A stretch of 59,846 nt of DNA from the NCBI GenBank assembly GCA_039621445.1, contig CP154954.1, positions 6,173,693 through 6,233,538 on the forward strand. Direction: 5' to 3'. The notes under the pieces were generated by a model. That model was given only the letters and a program-made list of their open reading frames with translations. It did no database searches and was not told where the DNA came from. This DNA is from Euglena gracilis (taxonomy: Eukaryota). Below are positions 1-59,846 of this stretch, one piece after another (positions within the stretch are counted from its first letter, which is position 1; every line of letters begins with the position of its first letter). A program made the translations under genes and the position numbers.

Positions 1-592
1 GCCCAGCACCCAGGAAGTTGGATTCAGGTGGTTTCCCAATGGGGAGCATCCCCAAAGGGAGGAATGATTGGGTGGCAACAGTGGTCCACACAGAATGGGA
101 ACTGTCGACAGCTGCACAGTGGTGGTTGGTGTTGGTGGGGCGGCAGAGCACACACCCAGAGGCCCCACCTGCTGCGCAGGAAAGGATTTGTCCTCATCCC
201 CCTGATGGGAGACGTTGGGGTTTAGGGGTGCACTGTCAACCACACCGCTCAAAAATCACCCCCAGCACTGTGGCGCACTGCTGAAGCCGCCCACCGTTTT
301 CTGGCGCAATAAACACCCGTATCCGGACAACTTCATCTGCACACCTTAATGTATATAACTTATGCATGTACGTATTTTTACATATATTTTTGTAATATTT
401 ATATACATGTGCATATATATATGTATATATGTACATACATATATATATAGTTTTTGCAAAAATATTTCCTGCGTTCCACGGGCCGGACCGCTTCTCCAGC
501 AGCAGTCACCCGAGGGGGGGGGGGTACGCCATACCCACTGTGGGGTCCAGAACGGCCACCCGGTTTCGCGGTCGCGCCAGCCCGGGCTGGCC

Positions 593-21306
<20,714 letters not shown>

Positions 21307-24214
21307 GATGAGCCAGCCGGAAGAGGCCAAAGGCGGCAACCTTCCCGAGGGTCGGTCTCACCGGGGGGGGGGGGGGGGGTTTTGGGGACCCTCCGGTCCA
21401 AGGGGGGGGGGGGGGCGGGGGGGACTCCCCCCACCAAAACAGTGGCGCGGTCCAGACGATTAATCTTTAGCCCAGCGCTTTGCGCCAGGCCGAAAATGTT
21501 TCCTCCAAAAAAGGCAAAAGTGCCATTAAGGGCCCTTTTTGGGCCCAAAAAAAATTGTGGAAAATGCAAAAAGTTTTTTCAGGCCAAAGCACCGGAAGGG
21601 AACTTTTGACTTTGGGGGGGCTGGGAACCCCCCCCGAGGTCGGTCCGGACCGCCCCCCCCCCCCGGCAGGTGGGGGATGGTCCGATCGGGATGGTCCCTC
21701 TGGTCCAGGAGGGGTGATACCCTCACCTAAACCCCGTACACCTTCCTTGTATCGAAGCCTTTGAGCCCCTTCTTCTGGGCCAACAGAACTGATTTTTGAA
21801 ATGACGTTTAGGAGAGTGGTGTGCGGGACCAAATAAGTTCAAGCCAATGAAGCTTTGTGTGAGCCTTCTGTTATATAAAGGAATGCCTGTCTACCGAGGG
21901 AAACACCCACATGTCTCATATCCCAGGCTTGGACCAAACAGTGCAATTGTGAGGATTCGATGATGCGGATCACAAACTGTCACACCCAATAGGAGAAAGG
22001 ATTTTGCAGTGCATGAATATAGGACACGGTTGAAAATTTGATTTTGTGGCAGTGGGCTACCCAGCTCTCACCCCAATCTCCAATTTCTCACCCCAATTTC
22101 CTTCTGTCCTCTGGCCAGGTGGTCGTATGAAAATTGCACGCTCCTTCAAAAAAAAAGGATTTCAATGCTGCCTACGAATGATCACTGCACATAACCTCAC
22201 CCTCCCCCCGAAAAGGGGCCTGAGTCATTTTTCGGTCACAAAAAATATAATGGAAGAAGGAAGCACTTTAGACATGGTCACTGAAGAATTTTTACGATTT
22301 TGGCGGTGGGGGAGGGGGGGGGCAACATAGGACCTGAAAAAATGCTGCAGAAAAAGACACACAAAAAAAGCAAAAAAAACGCGAAAAACGCAAGTTGCAT
22401 GTAAAATTCTTTAGGAGGTCCTGGAGAGGACTTGTAGAGGATTGATAAAATTTTTGGTCTCAGGGGAAAATCGGGGCCCAAGCGAGAATTTTTTTTCATT
22501 GCCAAAAGATTTTACCAGCAAAAATCTGAAAAATCGCCAGGATAAAAAACACAAAGCACACAAAACACACAAACAAAAACGAAAACATGCCAAATCGAAA
22601 AACATAAAAAAAAACACAAAAATAGCGTGCTTGTGTTTCCTCCCCTAGGTTTTGGCACCTAATGAATGATTGTTTTTGGGGAGCCCTCGTCATGAAACAT
22701 AAAGAAATACCCATTTTGGTCACCTGGGAACAATTGCTAACAATTAAATAATAATAATGAATTATGTGTGGAAGTTATTGCACAGATCCTTAAAACACAG
22801 GAAAAATTCTGGACGCCCGCTTAAAACGTCTGGGAAAATTGGACGAAAAATATTTCCCGTTCTCAGGGGAACCCATCAGGATTCACATCAATTCCTGGGG
22901 TTTTCTAATGCAAAGTTCCAAAATTGGTCAAACCCTGAACTCCAAGTTGCAAAATAAACCACAAAAACGCATTCTTTCATTTTGGATGGTGAATGCACCT
23001 TCAAAACAGCTGATTTGGAACAAAAATACATTCCAAGAATTGGCGCGCTGAAAAAAAAAACCGTTGGACGTTCATCAGGGGAGTGAATTTTTCTTAAATT
23101 TGCCGGGGAAAATCCTGGATGAATCCTGAAAAATGGGGGGGGGGATCCTGGCCAAAATTTGTCCAGAACCCACCGCATTTTTCTTGTTCAATTCCCCCCC
23201 CCTGCATATCCATACAGCAACGGAGTCGAGAGGCACTGGGTCTGATCATTGGTTGGGGGGGCTTGGTCTTGAAGGAAAAAAAAACTTCCGTTTTTGTGTG
23301 TCCTTCCCAAGACATTGGAAAAACAAGTGTATATGAAATGAAATTGACACCCAACCATTGTGTTTGAGGGAGAAATTGTTTTGCTCGACAAAAAAGCAAA
23401 AAAAACCATTGGACACAACTGCATTCATAGAGAGAGAGAGAGAGAGAGAGAGAATCACTCAGAGAAAACTCACGGTGGCAAAAAAAAGGGAGCACACACA
23501 CATACACAAACAGGTCTTCTGTGAGATCATGCAGTTGGTGCTTCACAGGCTTGCACGCATGGCTCCGTGGAGAACGATGCCATGGTTACAAGGTTTGCAG
23601 CTCTGGTTAGGGGGGGGGTGAGTGTCCTTGCAGATCCATACCGTAGCGGAACAGGCACATTTTTTGGGATTTTGAGCTTCTGTAATCTCTGAGATTCATG
23701 GGGAGTGTATATGTGGTGTGGACCAGCCTTTCCCGAAGTGTCTGGGCCAAGACAAGGCTGAATCATTGGGTGGTCAATAGACCAGGAGGAGGGACCAGGG
23801 GGAGGGACGTCCCCTGCCCACCCTGGACGCTGGGTACCCCCCCTACCCGGGAGGGGGGTCCGACGGACACACATTACCCCCCCCCCGGGTCCAAAATTAA
23901 AAAAAAAGACTGCAACAGACTCCAGAACGGTTGCCAACCTCCGAAAGGTCTGCCGACCTCCAGAACACCACCTGGCACTGGCCGGTTCCACACGGGGAAT
24001 GTGGCGAACAGGACTAGGGTCTTCGTGGCATGTTGCGTGACTGCTTATTTCCTGGGGGTCAAACTGGGGATTCAAAAATCGGCGGCATGTTTCGGAGGGC
24101 CAAAACACCAAGTCCCTGTGTTTCACCCTTGGAGAATGGTGAAGATCCACACACAGAGGGCCAACGTGTCAGCAGTTCAAAAACCTCGACCCTCCCCTGA
24201 AAAAAAAAATCAAA

Positions 24215-24908
24215 AAGTTAGGAATTTGCGCAATTGCGCACATGAACATGAAAAAGCTTAGGTGCAGGATCGGCCAGGTAAGGGGTTGAAAACGGAGGCC
24301 AGGACTTTTACTAAAAGTTGAAATTTCTCCTTTTGGTTTCAGGGAGACAGTAATGAGCTGTTCTGAGTGACGACAAAGTAAATTACCGGTTCGGGCCTTT
24401 TACACCATTTTCAGCTTCAAATGCCTACAGCTGAGAGTGTCACCGCGGAGAACGACAGGAGTGGTGAACGAGCGAACGACATGAACGAGCGAATGTGCCA
24501 GATGGTCACTGCTGCAAAAACGGGGAAAGTTTTCGTCGAATTTGTACACGATAAACGGCATTGGGATGCTGAAACAAAAATTTAAAAAAAAAGGCAAAAT
24601 GAAATGAATTGACGAAATTGCAGCAACTCACCTCGGGACGGTTGGCCCCAAAGGTCTGAATCCAGCCCCCCCCCCAGTGAGTGTGATTAGGCACAAGCCA
24701 AGGAAGGCAGCGTCGAAATCCACCACCCAAAGCAAACCGCCTTGCTGGAGAAATTAGGAATTTGCACAATTGCACGCAAGGACATGAAAAAGCTTAAGTG
24801 CAGGATCGGCCAGGTAAGGGGAGGGGTTGGAAACAGAGGCTAGGATTTGTACTGAAAAGTTGAACTTTCTCCCTTTGGTTTCAGGGAGACAGTGATGAGC
24901 TGTTCTGA
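24215..24908 (+). repeat. Local duplication of ~155 bp (24215-24368 and 24751-24908), intergenic
   Basis: ttaggaatttgc.caattgc..catgaaaaagctta.gtgcaggatcggccaggtaagggg...ggtttcagggagacagt.atgagctgttctgag occurs twice. Confidence 0.8.
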
Positions 24909-25185
24909 GAGAAACGGATACAGTCGCACAAATCTGATGCCATCACAAGGGGGGAGTTGGGTTTGATCACATCAAAGAGTCGCCCACATCGAAAATGGCG
25001 CAGACTCAAACAATCCTACCGATATCAAAAAAATGTTCAAACATTACAATGAGTACTCTTATTTAGTCTTAGGAGTCTGTGAGGAAACAGGGGAGAGACA
25101 GCTCGTGCACTTTGATGGACTTGCAGCAAGGTCCAGTTGACATGCATAGCTGCATTAGGGGAAGAGCTGTTCCAAATTCGGGAGC

Positions 25186-56271
<31,086 letters not shown>

Positions 56272-57099
56272 GAGAGGAATTCACCAGGTAAATATTCTGC
56301 ATTCACAATGCAGAAAACTCCTTGTGTGATGGGGTCCCAAACCCCATTTGACCCCCTCACTTATAACCCCCCCCCCGGGCCGACCAACCTATATCTTGAC
56401 TTACAAACCACCTCCTGGGGAAGAGAAATGAAAGCCACCGGGGACGATTTTTTCAGCCACAGAACACCCAAAAAATGATTTTGGGCAATTTTTTGAGACC
56501 GACCATTATCAAAAATGCCACCTTTGGCGGCCTTCAAATTCAATCGAATTCCAATGTTTTCATGATTGGTGTCAAAAGTTTGGCCATTATGTTAGGGCCG
56601 AAATATCTCTATTGTGTGGTTTTGTTTTCACCCCGCTTCATTCGATGCTTTCTATACACAAATTGTGGCCGAGCCCAGATTTCAGCCCGAAAACGTGTTC
56701 AGCCACAAAATGTTTAAAAACGTGTTTAGAGCCCGCCAAATGCCCTTCGGGGCCGCCCTGCTGAACACGTTTTCAGGCTGAAATCTAAGCTCTGCCACAA
56801 TATGTTTAAAAACGTGTCCATAGCCCGCCAAATGCCTGCACTGAAAGTCGTGGTCATGATTCACGCCAAGGGAGAAAAACGCGAAAATGTGAAATTGGGA
56901 ACGAAAAAAAAGCGCCCCAGTGGAAAATGTGCCTTGCCACGGATGCCCTAATGGAAAACGTGTCATTGCCACAGATGCCCCCATGGGCAAACGTGTTACC
57001 CCCCCATTTTCCCTCACAGCCCTCACCCTATGGCTAAACACAAGGCAAACTTTGTGAATGGTCTTTTGACACCTCCCCCTAAGACGGAACTGATCTTGG

Positions 57100-57775
57100 C
57101 TCAGGGTTGGGCAATTAACCGTCATTTTTTCAGGTCAAGCGATTAGCCATGGTTAATTGGGGGTCAGGTGTCGATTAACCAATTTTCGATTAACCGTGCC
57201 TGTCCCTCAATTAATTTCGATTAAGCGCCACCGCATTAATTCCACCCGCCAAAAAACCAAACTCATTTCATCTGACTTCTTCACTCCACAATGGGCCAAG
57301 GACACCAAAAATTTGGCGTCCAGAAAATGTGGTATCAAAAACAGAGTTTACATTCAAGGCTTTTTGAAAGAATTTTTCATCCACATTGGCATTGAACACA
57401 ACCTTGCCATCTTCCTTCCCAACCCCAGGACATTTCTTTTTCCGACAACGCAAAAGAAGCGATTAACTGGGGGGTTACAAGCGATTACCCCCCCCCCTTA
57501 TTGTCCCGCCGACCTCCCCCCGGGAGGCCCGACCGAACAATAAGGGGGGGGGGGGGACAATAAGACCGTATCAAAGGAATTTCATTGGCCGAGCCAAAAA
57601 AAACCCCCGTCGGCCGGGGCCGAGGGACAATAAGGGGGGGGGGGACAATAAGGGGGGGGGACAATAAGGGGGGGGGGGGTAACCGTTTTTCGATTAATCA
57701 TGGTTAATTGTCCCCCCCACAAACGAACGATTAACTGGGGTGGTCACAAGCGATTAACCGTTTTTTGATTAACCA
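57100..57775. mobile_element. 'cgattaacc' repeat element with a nested cccccccttattgtcc / ggacaataagggggg MITE (~57487-57680)
   Basis: Repeated gattaac motifs flank an inverted-repeat element. Confidence 0.55.
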
Positions 57776-59007
57776 TCCAACCTTGCTTGTCTGCTCTCGT
57801 GGTGTACCATCAAGATGCCAAGAAGCCAAAGGTTGACCCCCTTCATGGCACCTTGCTGGCACAGGGCAAACACGAAGAAAAAGTCTGGCTCCGTAGGTGC
57901 AGCAGACCTTGCTGCTGTTGCCAACTGTTTGGAGTTCGCCAAACCATAGTTGGCAGCTTGATTTTTTTGGACGCTGATTTTTTTTAAATATTAACATTTT
58001 TTTTAAAAAAAACAAAAAAACCCAACAAGGTTTTGTACAAAAAAAAATTGAATGCATATTTTCAACCATTTTTGCAACTTCTGGGTCATTTCTGCCAAAA
58101 CAAAATTCCACAAAAAAATAAAAAAGTCATAAAATTGCATTTTTTTGCAATTTTGGATGTTTTTGACCATTTTTTTGGCACTTTTGAACTTAGTAGGATT
58201 CGAAGTATGGTTTGGGTGTTTCATAACGAGGTTTTTAAATGAAATTTCCACTTTCTGAGTGTCTATTTTTTTTTCGTTCGCATATCATGTCGGACAAGTG
58301 AAAGCCCCACGTGGGGTATGTTTTGAAGTTCCAGGCTTTCGACGTCTTGAAGTTCATTGTTTTATCCACTCTGTGTTCACTCTACTGGCTCATTTGCAGC
58401 CACAGCCTCACCGACCCGGGTGATTTCAACAACCCCCGGAGTTCACAACGACATCTGTGAAGCGACAACCTCACCGACCCGGGATACCCATCAAACCCCA
58501 GAGTTTGCAGCGACAGTCTGTGCCCTGGGCAGAGACCCCGGAGTCTACATCGACATCTCGGATTCAAGCCCTGGGAGACTCAGCCCCAGGAGAAGAAGGG
58601 TGAGATTCAGCCACCCAGCAGCAGCACGTCGACATCGACATCGGTGGCTCAAGCCCTGGGAGATCCAGCCCCAGGAGAAGCAGCAACAGCAGCAGCACAT
58701 CGACATCTTGAACAAGATTGGTGGACCCATTTTACAGACATTTTGCTTCCAAATCTTGGGTTTGGCTTTGTGCTTTCCCAAAATGCTGCAGAAGATTTTC
58801 CCGCAAGCCCAAACCCAGGAGAAAACCTCAGCAGTGGACCCTGGAGATTTCAGCAAAATCATTAACAAGATTGGCGAGACATTTTGCTTCGAAACCATGT
58901 GTTTGGCTCTGTGCTTTTCCCCAAAGCTGCAGAGATTCCAATGAAACTCCGGGGAAAACCCATAACACGGGCACTGCGACGTCTCGGCCTTTTTGCTTGG
59001 AGTTTCT

Positions 59008-59840
59008 NNNNNNNNNNNNNNNNNNNNNNNNNNNNNNNNNNNNNNNNNNNNNNNNNNNNNNNNNNNNNNNNNNNNNNNNNNNNNNNNNNNNNNNNNNNNN
59101 NNNNNNNNNNNNNNNNNNNNNNNNNNNNNNNNNNNNNNNNNNNNNNNNNNNNNNNNNNNNNNNNNNNNNNNNNNNNNNNNNNNNNNNNNNNNNNNNNNNN
59201 NNNNNNNNNNNNNNNNNNNNNNNNNNNNNNNNNNNNNNNNNNNNNNNNNNNNNNNNNNNNNNNNNNNNNNNNNNNNNNNNNNNNNNNNNNNNNNNNNNNN
59301 NNNNNNNNNNNNNNNNNNNNNNNNNNNNNNNNNNNNNNNNNNNNNNNNNNNNNNNNNNNNNNNNNNNNNNNNNNNNNNNNNNNNNNNNNNNNNNNNNNNN
59401 NNNNNNNNNNNNNNNNNNNNNNNNNNNNNNNNNNNNNNNNNNNNNNNNNNNNNNNNNNNNNNNNNNNNNNNNNNNNNNNNNNNNNNNNNNNNNNNNNNNN
59501 NNNNNNNNNNNNNNNNNNNNNNNNNNNNNNNNNNNNNNNNNNNNNNNNNNNNNNNNNNNNNNNNNNNNNNNNNNNNNNNNNNNNNNNNNNNNNNNNNNNN
59601 NNNNNNNNNNNNNNNNNNNNNNNNNNNNNNNNNNNNNNNNNNNNNNNNNNNNNNNNNNNNNNNNNNNNNNNNNNNNNNNNNNNNNNNNNNNNNNNNNNNN
59701 NNNNNNNNNNNNNNNNNNNNNNNNNNNNNNNNNNNNNNNNNNNNNNNNNNNNNNNNNNNNNNNNNNNNNNNNNNNNNNNNNNNNNNNNNNNNNNNNNNNN
59801 NNNNNNNNNNNNNNNNNNNNNNNNNNNNNNNNNNNNNNNN
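59008..59840. other. Assembly gap (N run)
   Basis: 833 Ns. Confidence 1.
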
Positions 59841-59846
59841 CACGAG

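Noticed and set aside
58545-59843. 432-aa ORF
   Set aside because: Mostly the N gap.

Overview
Eukaryotic, intron- and MITE-rich genomic DNA, most likely from a euglenid (Euglena-like). The organism is inferred from intron type, GC3-rich exons, G/C homopolymer-rich introns and (GT)n tracts. I reconstructed two multi-exon minus-strand genes by hand; the ORF track fragments both. Gene 1 (~25186-56271, about 30 exons) is a receptor-type class III adenylyl cyclase: TM, extracellular domain, TM, HAMP, cyclase, with an intact catalytic residue set. Gene 2 (from ~21.3 kb, running off the left edge) is a protein with two VASt (StART-like lipid-transfer) domains and a possible SMP-like N-terminus. Most introns are not GT-AG but follow the euglenid nonconventional pattern exon|NNN-CAG...CTG-NNNNN|exon with paired ends. 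Two of them (9800-10089, 51147-51446) are intact ~290-bp TIR elements with perfect 8-bp target-site duplications. The 3+5 splice geometry removes the element plus exactly one TSD copy, which is direct sequence evidence for MITE-driven intron gain. One cyclase intron holds a ~3.2-kb decayed, intronless, two-ORF insert of unknown, possibly viral, origin. An assembly gap occupies 59008-59840. All splice junctions are manual inferences without transcript data.
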